Origin: Oopsacas minuta
Taxonomy: Eukaryota; Animalia; Porifera
DNA length: 64,000 bases
Assembly (NCBI GenBank): GCA_024704765.1
Contig: JAKMXF010000233.1
Coordinates: 558,001-622,000, forward strand
Reading direction: 5' to 3'
Translations under genes and position numbers: made by a program
Shown here: one piece after another, positions 36,775 through 49,600 of the stretch
Position numbering within the stretch: position 1 is the stretch's first letter
Layout: every line of letters starts with the position of its first letter
The notes under the pieces: generated by a model
What the model saw: the letters and a program-made list of their open reading frames with translations, nothing else
Databases searched by the model: none
Told to the model about the DNA's origin: nothing

Positions 36775-37728
36775 ATGGCAACAAACTTTGGAAATAATCC
36801 TTGTATGGTTACAAATGCATCCTTCCCGCCTTTCAATTATGGACACTATGGGACAATGAGTGATAACATTCCACGCTCATATTCTGCTACTTCAATTGTC
36901 ACACCTAGCGACACAATCGAAAGTGACACAATATTTAATACACAGGATGATGAACGTGGTGATTGTGAGAAATATGATTCGACAATTCGTGTGAAAAGCA
37001 AGCCAATGACAACAGGTTTACCAGAACTAAGAGGATTCAAACCGGAACTAACAAGTTCGGAGGCGGGAGAATATGATTCAGAACAGGAACCAAGTGATTC
37101 TGAACCAGAACTATCCGAAATTGAACCAGAACCAACCAAATTACACAATGTTAATAAAAGATTTTCAAAATCTGAACCGTCAATGAACTTTGGAAATTCT
37201 GAAAAAACTAAAAACCCCAAAAAAAGACACAAAAGTGTAATTTTCGCGGATTCTGAAGGAATGGAACTAACAAAAGTATTCTATTTTACACCATTCAACA
37301 TTCTTTCAACCTCAGATGGTAACCAAGATAATTACGAAGTGTTCACAAACTTTGAAGTAAACAAACAAATAAAACACACAACAAACTTCCAAAAAGATCC
37401 CAAATTCATTTCCAAGCTTCAGGACAACAACGTAGCCTTGGAAACGCTATCGGTTGATAGGAATTTCATCAAAGGATCGGTACGTGTTCTAAATATAGAT
37501 TATCATAAGAAGGTGACTGTAGTCTGGACACAGAATGAATGGGTAAATACAAACATGATTCCAGCTGTTTATGAATATTCGTTAAAAAGTGTGTTCGTTG
37601 ATGTTTTTGCTTTCAAGATTCCTGTGAAAATGTGCCGCACTGAATTCGCGATTTCTTACACAACGAAAGGCCAAGAATTTTGGGACAATAATTCCGGAAT
37701 AAATTATAAAGTGAATTGCTATTTTTAG
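36775..37728 (+). CDS. PPP1R3: PP1 glycogen-targeting subunit (RVxF motif plus CBM21), single exon; start 36775 preferred over 36700
   Basis: KSVIFADSEGMEL; KGSVRVLNIDYHKKV.V.WT..EW; FAISY...EFWDNNSGINY. Confidence 0.88.
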   Translation: MATNFGNNPCMVTNASFPPFNYGHYGTMSDNIPRSYSATSIVTPSDTIESDTIFNTQDDERGDCEKYDSTIRVKSKPMTTGLPELRGFKPELTSSEAGEYDSEQEPSDSEPELSEIEPEPTKLHNVNKRFSKSEPSMNFGNSEKTKNPKKRHKSVIFADSEGMELTKVFYFTPFNILSTSDGNQDNYEVFTNFEVNKQIKHTTNFQKDPKFISKLQDNNVALETLSVDRNFIKGSVRVLNIDYHKKVTVVWTQNEWVNTNMIPAVYEYSLKSVFVDVFAFKIPVKMCRTEFAISYTTKGQEFWDNNSGINYKVNCYF

Positions 37729-37938
37729 AATTAATAAAATCTATAAAGTGTGAATTATAAGTATAAATTGTCAGAGACAATGGGTACAAATCTACACCTT
37801 AAATAGACCCATGCACCTATCTTGATCCCCATAGGACATATAGCTCCCCTGCTGTCGCCCGTGGACCACAAGGGACCCGAGGTTGGGAGGAACCATTTCC
37901 CATTAAAATACAAACAAACAATACTAATATACTAATAA

Positions 37939-38241
37939 CTATTTCTTAAGAATAACACTCCAATGTAATCCTGGAACATCAATACACCTTTTGTGATGAA
38001 TTAACACCTTAGAGTTAAGGGGAATCTTAGTCCCCTCTCCAGGAACATAAGCGTTGATACGTTTAGATCCACATAGTAACGTGACTGTTCTTCTCTGTGC
38101 AGAATTCGGTTTTCGCGGTCTGCTAAAAAATTCCTTTATAACGACACCTCTTTTCTGAGGTGGGAGTGGTTTTGGCGGGTGTTTTATGAAACTTGGTATG
38201 AACCTTCCTCTCTTGAGGATGTGATATAAACTTTGTGGCAT
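37939..38241 (-). CDS. MRPS12: Divergent, C-terminally short mitochondrial-type ribosomal protein uS12 (100 aa from first ATG)
   Basis: PQKRGV...PRKPNSAQRR...AYVPGEG...VLI...R..DVPG is colinear with bacterial S12. Confidence 0.75.
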   Translation of the reverse strand: MPQSLYHILKRGRFIPSFIKHPPKPLPPQKRGVVIKEFFSRPRKPNSAQRRTVTLLCGSKRINAYVPGEGTKIPLNSKVLIHHKRCIDVPGLHWSVILKK

Positions 38242-38360
38242 GTTAATATGAAACTTTAAGGTATTAGTACCGGTTTGAAAGCTAACTAATTGTGATAATG
38301 TAACAATTTGTAAATATGAAGATATCGGAACTAAGAATTTAATTAACAAACAAAATACAA

Positions 38361-41300
38361 TTATTCTAATATTCTAGGATCGATCAGCTGACTCAAATTC
38401 AAAGTATCCTAAACAAAACATAAACTGGAACTATAAATACAGTTAAAATTCGGTGTCTCGAATGTCCTGTTAACTCAAACTTTCATTACCTCAAAAGAAT
38501 TCTCATTTTTCCTCGTTTGAAACCCGATAAATTGAAAAACCGTTCGCTAACAGATCGTAACCACTTCCCTCAAATATTTAACACCTGCCTTAGTCCAAAA
38601 CCGGTCTGAAAACCGAACCGGTACTATGAACTTCCGGTCTAACACCTGCAAATATGGGATAATTATACATACAGTGGAACCTACATAAACCGGGACAATA
38701 TCGGCTCGACTGCTGTATTCACAGATTTTGATTTCCCCTGAAGGTTAGAGCTAACTGTTTATTCATATATAACACTTACAGATGATTGTGTGACACAATC
38801 AAGGTCTTCTAAGCCAAATTTTCCCTCATTTAACTCAGATAAAGTCTGGTTGATACTATTAATAGTATCACTAACATATTCCATTCTCACCATCTGGTTG
38901 TTAGGGTCATAACTTAGCACTTTAGCTCTCCTGTAATCTGATTGGACAGGAGAATAGTCACTGTTCATTTCAATTATCTAAAATTAGAGGATTTGTCAAA
39001 ACAGACCGGAAATGGAGGCCAGCAGAGGTGTGAAAATATGATAAATCATAAAATAGGCAGACTCTAGCAGGCACTATTGGACATCCCAAGATACTGAAGA
39101 ACGATGTTACATATTAGTTTAATTCATTAATGTAAATAAACAAACAAACAAACTAGCAATAAATTTGTAGACAGTAGTTACTATTATATGACACACTAAC
39201 TAATCTCCCGTTTGGAGTTATAGCTATTCCTTGGGGGTAACATAACATTCCTTGTTGGTGTCCCTCTGTTCCTACCGTGTGTAGGAGATTGCCTTCTGGA
39301 GAGAATACCCGAATTGAATGAGAGCGTCTATCGCTAATAACAAAGTTGTTAAGTGGATCTAGACAGAAGGAGAAAGGGTATAACACATCCATTCCTTGTC
39401 CACAGGTAATGAGGGAGTGTATCTTGTCTCCCTCTAGGGTTAGCACGTGCATACACGGGTTGTTAGATGGACACAGCACGTACACGCGGTTACGTGACAC
39501 TTTAACATCATATGGTTCACTCATTGACTGATGAGTAATGTTACGGAGATGGTTCAAGTCTGTGTCGTGTACGCTGATTCTGCTGTTACCTCTATCTGCT
39601 ATAAACACGTGACCAATGGGATCTGTTGTTAGTTGACAAGGAAAGTTGAATTGTCCGTTGTTTGATCCCCTACCTCCTATCTTCCTAACAAGACTCATGT
39701 CAGTTAGTGTGAATTGGCTTACAGTGTTATCTCCCCAGCAGCTGACATACACATTCTCTCTGTGTATAGCTATACCCCATGGACAAATCAGCTGTCCTAC
39801 ACCCAGCTGATTGAGGTATTCTCCTGTATCAGAGAATATCTCTACTCTTTGATTGAGATGATTAGCTACGAATATTTGGTGTGTATCTTCATGTATAGCT
39901 ATACCTGATGGACAAATCAACTCACCAGGATCTGAACCTGTCTTTCCAGTAGCAACAGTGGACGTTTGGAATGTAGCATAATCTGGTACTCCTACTGGTA
40001 CCTGTACGATCTCTCCTAAACGGGAAATGCTCATTTCTAGGTCACGTGTGTCACACTGCCACTGTAATCGGGTCTCTACGGGAATGTTGTTTCGTAGGTC
40101 TCGCATTTTGTCCTCCATTTCTTGGACAATTCTCTCCCTCATGGACTGGAGGGGATTTTCTCTTAATGTTTCTTGGAGTTGTGCTTGTGCCTCGTTCAGT
40201 TGGTCGATCATTTGTTGTCGAGCGATCTTTGCGGCTCTCTTCTCCTCCCGTGTATTGCGGACTAGCTCCAGTAGCTGAACTCTACGGACATTCAGTAGCC
40301 CTATGAGACCATCTATTGTGTGATTGATGTGTGTCTCTATGGGGTCTACGACTTGAGGGGCGATTGCGTAACGTTCTGCCATTTTGATAATTGTAGAATA
40401 GTTGAGTTATGAATTGGTTGCTAGGGATAATCTTGTGTATTTATAGCTGTAATATTAATGTGTGAATAACAAGTAAACAAACAACAATAATCAGATGATG
40501 TGAGTATATTTCTTGTTAGAATAAACACGAGGTTATGCAGGTGTTTGTTATTGTGTCTCGTTGCTAGGATACTGTAAGGAATGTGATTGAAAGTTCTCTT
40601 AGTAAACTTATTTTGTATATTTGCAATAACAAAATATCAAATTTCCTATTTTAATTATTTCCCAAATTAGAATTACTTTAAATTCGAATTTACTGATTTT
40701 GTAAATATTTGTTGTTTGTTGTTCTATTGGGAGATTTATTTCTGTAGATTTCACACCTTTAATTAATTATTTACTCAATAAGATTATCTCTCTGGCTTCT
40801 ATGAAGTGGAACAATAAATACGATTTTGACACCTTTTTCGACACTAAATCTAAACATATCCAAAACTAATCACATTCCTAAGACCTCCTCAGGTTGTAAA
40901 TAAATGAATTATAAATTTACAATTAAAGAGATTAATAATATTTTCACACCTTTCTATAGTTTGTTGTTTATTAATAGTAAGGGTAATTATGTATTTGTTT
41001 ACCTTGAATATTATTACGTCACCAATTTTAGGCGGGAGAGCTGAAGTCACAGCTTGGAGATGAGAATAGCTAGATGGAATGTTATCCAATAACTCAGCTG
41101 ATTTCTAAAATAGAATATAATAAAATACCTATTGACAACAGTGGTAACTAGGCGAATACAGTTAACTTCAGTTATATCTAACACGGATATATACAAATAC
41201 CCGCTTATATCGAGGTGTGAAATTGTACAAATATGGTGTTAAAGTAACATATATATATCACCGGTTATAGTAATTCTCACGGTCCATTGAGCGTAGATAC

Positions 41301-43121
41301 AACGACGTGAAGAAAAGGTGTTAAGATTGGATATTAGCTACATGCCATATGTGTATATTTATCATAGATATGTAATATCCATTTTGTAATAGAATTTGGA
41401 CAACAGGGCAGCTTCCATAAACGGGGAACAGGGTAGCTTGGAGGTTATACTGTTATCCAACGGTTCACCCATATGGACCCACTGCAGTCTTCCGTGGACT
41501 ATCAAGGAGACCAGGTTTGAAACCACAGCTGTTAATCATACCTTAACTTCTGGTTTGTTAACAAATATTGTATTTTTAGTTTTCAACTTGTCAGTATCAG
41601 CTGTTACAACCTTTCCCCGCCCAACAGGGGGAGGTGGTCCCATCCGATTGGACAATTCAGGCGGGATTCTACCAAATGCTCTCCCTCGTCCACGAGGTCT
41701 CAAGTTGATTGGCTGTTTGGATTGTTTAGAAAATCTCACGTGTTTGTCACCTAAAATACAATAATAAATAGAATTATATGAATCTAATGTAATTACTACA
41801 TACCTCTTAACACATACTGTAGACTAATATCAGCTTCAGAACTGGAACTAGAACTAGAACTATGATTCATAGGTTTTTGATTAGGTGCTGTTATAGCTGA
41901 AGATTGATTGGAGGGATTTTTGGCGCCAGGAACTTGTCTGGGTATAAATAGGACGGATTCTGTTTTTGTAGATTTATCTGTATTAAATAATTAATTAAAA
42001 GAGATCTCCTTAATGAGGTCAATTCGGGACCATACTTAATAGGAACTAAGTAACAGCTACCCTGGAATATCCCAGGATTTACAAGAAATCAGGGGATATC
42101 TTAGCACCTTATCGATTTCTGTCTGTCCTTACAACAAATCCATGGTCTTTCCATAGAAAACTAATACAAATTCCACGATTTTGATAGTTGCCAGGTTATG
42201 AGCCAAGTTATGAGCCAGGTTATGAGGAAAATATATTCGAGATAAATATCAGGGAAATAGTTAGAAATGTATAGAAATTCCCTAATAGACTGGAAGATAT
42301 GTGACCTCTGTCCATCCGTCCGAAATGTACCAATTGGTACATGGGTACAGTCCGGGGTGGATCTGCACCTGGGGTATGCATTTTAAAAGTGTATTCTGAC
42401 ACCTTTCTGGTGAATACATGAAGTTTACTGCATATCACTTACTGTTATCTGATTGGTCAGACGAATCACTAGAACTTGAATCTGACTGAGGTGGATACTC
42501 GTTTCTGATTGGTTGGGTTCTGTTTGGAAATTTAGGCGGGGAACCTACTACAGCTGTTTTTCTCTTTGCAGTATTGGAATTGATTGGTTGAGTAAATTTA
42601 ACCTTTTTATTAGCGTTAATTCCTAAAATAAACAATAAACAAACAAACAAACAAATAAATAAAATCCAAATTCGACACCTACCTTGTTGACTCGGCTTTG
42701 TATGTGAAGTGATATTGACCCTAAATATAATATATAAAACATAGCCTCTAAAAGGTGTGAAAATATGTAACTAACATTATTGTATCTTCATCTCTGAATA
42801 TTTGTGATTTCTCACTTTTGAGTATAATCGCATCTTTCATGGATAAAGTTACAAAAGAATTTTTTGAAAGTGGAAATCTGAATTTTATCTGCTCCACTAT
42901 ATCTGCCACTAATGGAGTTTTATTAAATTCCAGAAGATGCCATGTGTCTCCAGGCAACTGAATTTTCTCATTGGAATGGAATGATAGTTTTACACGGATC
43001 ACTGGTGGAGGAATAGTTACAAAGTTCTAGAAATAGAATATTGTAAATTTTGTAATGGTTTATATACACATTTTAACACCATTATTAATAAATAACTAAC
43101 TTGATTAGCTAACAGCGTCAT
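38361..43121 (-). CDS. COIL: Coilin; N-terminal domain, RG box, C-terminal Tudor-like domain; about 9 exons, with intron 40998-38978 hosting an NHL gene
   Basis: IRVKLSF...WHLL...VADI..QIKFRF; PRGRGRAFGR; PKIGDVIIFK|IIEMNSDYSPVQSDYR; EGKFGL; terminal exon 38408-38361 gives SQLIDPRILE* (coilin LIDPR motif); first 8-nt exon tentative. Confidence 0.85.
39153..40382 (-). CDS. RING-less coiled-coil + 6xNHL protein, copy A (409 aa, intronless), nested on the same strand in a coilin intron
   Basis: TRIM-type coiled coil (LLNVRRVQLLELV...ISRLGEI) and NHL blades (P.GIAI, GQFNFP, FIAD..N.RI); near-identical to 53430-54659 and 56170-57399. Confidence 0.92.
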   Translation of the reverse strand: MAERYAIAPQVVDPIETHINHTIDGLIGLLNVRRVQLLELVRNTREEKRAAKIARQQMIDQLNEAQAQLQETLRENPLQSMRERIVQEMEDKMRDLRNNIPVETRLQWQCDTRDLEMSISRLGEIVQVPVGVPDYATFQTSTVATGKTGSDPGELICPSGIAIHEDTHQIFVANHLNQRVEIFSDTGEYLNQLGVGQLICPWGIAIHRENVYVSCWGDNTVSQFTLTDMSLVRKIGGRGSNNGQFNFPCQLTTDPIGHVFIADRGNSRISVHDTDLNHLRNITHQSMSEPYDVKVSRNRVYVLCPSNNPCMHVLTLEGDKIHSLITCGQGMDVLYPFSFCLDPLNNFVISDRRSHSIRVFSPEGNLLHTVGTEGHQQGMLCYPQGIAITPNGRLVSVSYNSNYCLQIYC

Positions 43122-43314
43122 AATAGAATATATTGACAGTTATCTAAAACAACAAAACAAGAAGTAAACAAATAATAGCATTTTGTTGATAACAACACAT
43201 AACACCAATAAACAACCAAAAATGAAATTCCAAAAATAGTAACATTTGAATGTATTTTAAAGAAAGTAATTAATATACACAAATTATTGTATAACTGTTT
43301 GACTAGTCGTTTAA

Positions 43315-44269
43315 TCATGTAGGACAACAAATAGACGGCGAGTTCTCATCGAGGGCTTTTTGTTCCTCAGGGGCCAGATCCGTCCTCTCATCCAAATTGA
43401 GTCGAATAGATTTATGAACCTCTTCGCCTGTGTCGGGATTATGTAGAGAGGGGAACACTTTATCCAAGAGGTTCTGAACCATCATAATCATCACCTGTTC
43501 TACGTTCTCACTCTGCTGGGCACTAGCTCGCATAAATCTTAGGTTATGCTCGTCAGCGAATTCATCGATTGATTCTTGTGGGACTACCTAGAGGTGTTAA
43601 ATATTGTGTCACATGAATAGTGATTGTTTGTCTGTTTGTTTATTTGTTTGTTTATTATCCATAATATCTCTAAATCGGTATGATGAAGCATATTAGTAGA
43701 GGTGTTACCATAATATGGTACACATGACCAACAACACCTCTACAACTATAAGATGGAGACACACGTACCTGTTCGAGGTCACATTTGTTCCCTATAATGA
43801 CCTTAGAGCAACCTTGGTCAGCAAGGTATTTGCATAAGTCTGGATACCATTTCTCCTTTAATCTATCGAATGATTTCTTACTGCTAAGATCGAATACAAG
43901 GAAAGCTCCGTGCATATCTCTGTAATAGGTGTTAGTTAGGGAATAGAATCTCTCCTGGCCTCCTAGAAGTAAATGTAAATAATAATAAGGGTGTTATGTA
44001 AATAAATAGATAATAAATGAAAGATAGACAGAGAGACGAAATAAATAACAAACAAACAAACAAACAAACAACATACCAGTATCCCATATTTGTAATTTTA
44101 CAGTTTTTCCATTACATTCCACATCTCTGACATGGAAATCTATACCAATAGTTGGTGTAGTGCTTTCTAGCCAATTACCCGTCAGGAATCTGTGTACTAG
44201 TGAGCTCTTACCAACACCTGATTCCCCTATTAAGACCACTTTAGCTAAGGTGTCATATGTCTGTGCCAT
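43315..44269 (-). CDS. Divergent Rab GTPase; exons 44269-44077, 43962-43769, 43588-43315
   Basis: GESGVGKSS, PTIGIDF, WDTGGQERF, YYRDMHG, GNKCD, C-terminal CCPT prenylation motif. Confidence 0.92.
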
Positions 44270-46620
44270 TTGTTGACAAGTTATGTGTATATAAATGTTC
44301 TAAATCAATACTTTATATCGTAAGAATGGAAGCTCTATCAGTTATAGTAAGTAAATAGCGGGCAAGGATATATTCTGGCGGGAAGTAGCAAACTTGCTTA
44401 ATTCGTATAGTTTATGAAAACGCGGGGAAATTCACACTTTTGGCGGCAATGACACGAAATGTCAAAACAAGCGCCAAATATGTGACAGTTGGCAAAATGT
44501 AAAATGAGACAAATAGAAATAAGATAAGTGTGGCGCGTAAAAAATTAATATAAATGGAACTAAGCATATTTGTATTCAAAATGGTTGTCAAGTGTCCTTG
44601 GTGATTACAAATTGAATATCCACAGTGCAGGAATTCAATTTATAAACATTCGTAAATCAAAATTGGCAATTTATAGAAAATAAACAAGTTGTTTGTATTT
44701 ACTAGAATGAGAAAAATGTGTGAAAATATGTGTATAATATATTTGAAGAGGAATGGTTGAATACAGAGCAAATGAGGTGATGGAATGTGAAAATTAAAAG
44801 GTAAACAATCATTAGATTATATTAGTAAACAACTTTTTAGAATTTTCACAAAAACATAAACGAATAAATAAAATAATATATCGTAAATAAATTGGTAAAT
44901 AACAACAAATTAACTCGTAAACTCAACAACAAATAATCACGAAAATTGACAAAATGGAATATTTTAGGCGTTACCATGGAAACGAAAACGGAATTCACAG
45001 ATTTTTCAAAAAAATAATCCACAAAATTCCCAATATTTTTTCATATGCATATATTATTGTAAAAGTGCGCCATTTTGATTAGGAATAATAATCAAACATT
45101 CCTAATACATATCTATGTGCATACTTCCAATAGTAACTAAGCTATATACATCATAGTAATGATAGAGTCAATTGAATATTATCTAATACAAACCAATCAA
45201 ATACAATTCTACAACCCTAAACGCATAATATACGCGTCAAAAGGTAGTTCACACTTGAAGTGTTTTCTGAATTTTTCATATTTTATGATATCTAAAATAA
45301 TTGAAGAGTAACCTCGTCAATCAAAAGTGGAACTAAAATTCGTACGTTCTTTGGGTTCTCTCGACTTTTGTCCGTTCTTTGGGTACACACCAGTGCGGAC
45401 TCACGTTTTTCGACTTTAAGTTGTCCGTTAAAGCCAAAACTTCGGATAATCATAACTGTATGTATACACACACTTTATCCTTGATGCTACTTAGGAAACA
45501 AATCGATATTATCGTGTTTATTTACAAATTATATTGTTGTTGGATATTTGTTTGTTTGCTTTTGAAGGTAATTATGGTTTAGAAGACATTTGTTGGTATA
45601 TTTTAACTGTAAACAAGATGGTAAACAAACTATTTGTTTACCATCTACTCTTGACAAAATATTACACATTATTGGGTAGAAAGAGATGATTTATCAAGTA
45701 TTGATTTTGAATATGATATTTTGGAACTGAAATTTTAAACATTTTTGTTTGTAAAGACAAAATAAACAACAACAACAACAACAATATGATTAATGATAGA
45801 ATATTTGATGATTATCTAAAAATTTTTGAGTGACGAATTGTTTTTACATATTTGAGCTAAATTATACTAAAAAAATCAAAAATATTGATATAAATAACTC
45901 AGAAAATACACAAAAATATTGTTGTTATTTACATACCATTATATGCACCGTCTGGTGTTTGTTTGTGTTGACATTTTTGGGAAAAATTAGTTCCAAATGA
46001 ACTAAAGATAATTCAATAATTTTGCATTAGAATTGCTATCAAGTAAAAATCACTGTTACAATTTAACCCCAAGTGATTAACATATAACCCGCCATAGATA
46101 TATGATACCATCGCCCCCCGCGCCTAAAAATAGGACCCATACATAGAGGAGAATCCTGGCAACATGAAAAATTTATTTTGACAACATTCCATACATTCTT
46201 TCCTTAGAAATCGTTGCGTTAAAATTGCGTAAAATTTAATCATTTTACCCCATGACTTCCATTCATGAATTGGATAGGCTTACTACATACAAATGCATAA
46301 TGAAATCCATTCATGCAATACCCAATCAGATTGTATGGTTTGTCTACGTATATGTGTATTATGTTGCATTGAAAGTAATTGTGGCTTCGTGGCTTGTAAA
46401 ATCTGTTTTTGTGAATCTCTTTAGTTCCAATTCGTAATTAGATAAAGTTCCATTAGTTTAATATCTTACAACTTAGTTCAATAGTTCAATAACTTAAATT
46501 TAACAGTTTAGGCGCCATATGCAAATTTCAGGCGCCAAAATCAGAATTTACCAGCTTTTCCTTTTAGAATTTTGCGAAGTTGCAAATTGTTTGTGATAAT
46601 AACTTGGAATTCTATTTTAG

Positions 46621-49600
46621 ATGTCACTCCCATTCGAGAGAAGTATGGGACAAGATAACATTCATCAAATTCCTAAGCTACAAGACCCTAGAAACCAGAT
46701 TGGTAGATGGGAATGCACTCAATGTAAACATGAATACATTGTTCCTCCTTTGCAGGTTACTGAAAAAAATAAACAAATAAATACAAACAATTAGCAATAA
46801 TTTATATAATTATATCATTTTAGGGAGTTTGTACACTCTGCCACTGTGAAGTTGTTCGACTAATGGATGCATTCCAGAGACATGGTGAGATAAACTGGCG
46901 CCAAAAGGTGTCAAAACTGTAGTTACATATTTCTAAATTTAGGTCAGCCACGGTTCAATCTCTATACACCAACTGCACCACAAGTAATCCCGCCTAATCC
47001 ACACATCAACTCACAACCTGATAGGTCAATATCTGGCCATCTCCATAACATTCCTAACTTGTGTTACATAACAACGGTGGCAGCTCCTGATGAGTGTTAT
47101 GACATGGTTAGTAAACATAAATAACAACAAACAACACATTGTATTATTTAGTTATATTTGTAGCTATCCGCAAGCTGGCTAAACTATCAATTATTAATTT
47201 TGCTAAGAACTGAGACAGACCCACTTGTCTCCTATAAAGAGTTTGGAGCCCTTTTGAAAGGTGTGAAAGGAACACTTTTGAAAGATATTCTATCTTCCAT
47301 GAGAGAGAGGGCTGTTTGTCTGCATGACTACCATCTGGAATGTTTTAGAAGGGTAAGTATATTTGTTTGTTTACTTGTTTGTTTACTTGTGTGTTTATTT
47401 GTTTGTTAGTTTGCTTGTGTGTTGTTTACATTAAACTCCAGTTATAACTATTACAATACAATATGTGTATATAGGAATTACACTTTAACAGAATAAAGAC
47501 CAGCTTTATAACACTTCGTATATTCTTAAGAATATGTGCTAAAATGGAACTAACACCTTTAGAATATATGAAACACTTACTATATATAAATACAGACGAT
47601 CAGTTGGTATATACCCTCCCAGTATATGATGATAATCAACCAGTCATCAGGGATCCAATTATGACAGTTCCAAATGGAACTATGCAGCCTATACATGTAA
47701 GTAAATACCATAGACTCCTTAGCGATAGTTGTTATGTAATGGAATGTTCATTGAATGTATTGAACTGGAATTATAAAGTGTACCCAAGGGGTAAACTGCC
47801 CCTCTTAATAACTTTTGCAAATATTATAAATATACGAATTCTTATAGCCATCAAATTTCCTACCTCCAACGATGCCACAATTTCACATGTCGACACTACG
47901 CCACAAACCACCTATGCCATATGTACATTCACACCACAAACAAGTGCTCTCACCTCGTAAACCCAAACTCAACATTCCACAGAATATAAACAACTTCACA
48001 GCTAAAACTGTCAATAACGACAACAATATTATTGGTCCCAACTGCAGTGATATTTCCCCAGAATTACAAATTTGTAATCCAATTGGTGAAGATTTGTATA
48101 AACACCCTCTTCCTAGAGGTATATTATCGTTTTATTATTGTTTATATGGTTGTTTACTATTAATGTTATTTGATTAACAGGTTGTGCAACTGTGAAAACA
48201 CAGATACATGACATACCAACATCATCAGATGGTTGCCAGGGACCTATTACACCAGACACTCCTAGTATAGAGAGATTAGACTCAGTGAGTACTCCTAGTC
48301 CTGCTCCATTGACTCCAGGAGCAGAAATTATGGACACAAATGGTAAACAATAACAAAATGGTGTAAACATGTAAATAAGAACAACAGCAGGAGTCCACAG
48401 GATCTCAAAATGTGTATGGGGGGTCCAAGAGTTGGGTCCCCCTGTCCTATTGTATGAATTTATTTGTTATATTTATAGAAGCACTACCAGATGCTCGTAT
48501 ACTCCGATTGTTAGATGGTCAGGACATTATCCTCCTTATGAAGGGAGGAGAGCCGCATCTAGCAACACCTCTGCTATATATTGTATTCCCTCAGCTCAAA
48601 CGACATCATATCGATTGTACAAAGTTTGTTGTTATTTGTATAAGAACACTGTAGGCAATCCGTTTTCATGAATTTCTAACACCTCCGTGTTTACATAGGA
48701 GACACCAATTTGGAAATTTGCAAATAAGTATTATTTCGAATAATTATCCGCTAAACATAAACAACAACAAACACTGTTCATTAATTAGTTCCAATAGGAA
48801 CAGACAAGACCTGAACTTACATCCTAAAAATAGTACACAACTAGAAGTAAGAATGTTAAGAGAGTTTGGTATGGTAGGAAGGAAGACATTCAGATGTTTG
48901 TTATTCAGCCTAAGTGACGTTGTGAAAATGGTTAAGAAAGTGGATGTACCAATTCCTGAGTGTATACAGCGGGTAATCAACGGAGAGGTTAGTATACATA
49001 CATACGGTCTATTCTGGGGGGGGGGGGATTTATCGGTTTCAAGCCTGCATTTTCATATTTTACAACACTTTGCATAAGACTTAACACCTCGGGAAATAAT
49101 AATTAGTAGGTGTTAAGCCGAGTACTACTGTATTGTAACTGATTTTATTTACTAAATCACCAGATTTCGGAATTTTCCCTGGAATTCTTGTAACACCTGG
49201 CATAATACAGGATTCCCGTGAGGGCAATTATGCATATTGTCCGGATTAAACTGAGAATTCCATAATTGATTCTATGAAACTCTAATTGTTATTCTTTCAA
49301 TCGCAGACCCCAGGAAATTCTAGGCACTGGTTTGTATATTTTGACATCTGTCAGAAATTGGAGTGTATAATTGATGTTGATTTTAGATCCCAGAGGAGCG
49401 GGCATCACTTCTGACACCTGTGAGGTTAGGAAATGGATTCATAAACAAACCTGTTGGAAATCCTGATAAACAAAAACACAAACAAAATTCAACTGATAAA
49501 GTGAATGACAACAACTCAATACTTGATTGGCCAATGGAAGATAATGATATGAAATATAGCTCTAACGTAAATACAAATATTTGTGACAACAATAAGGTGA

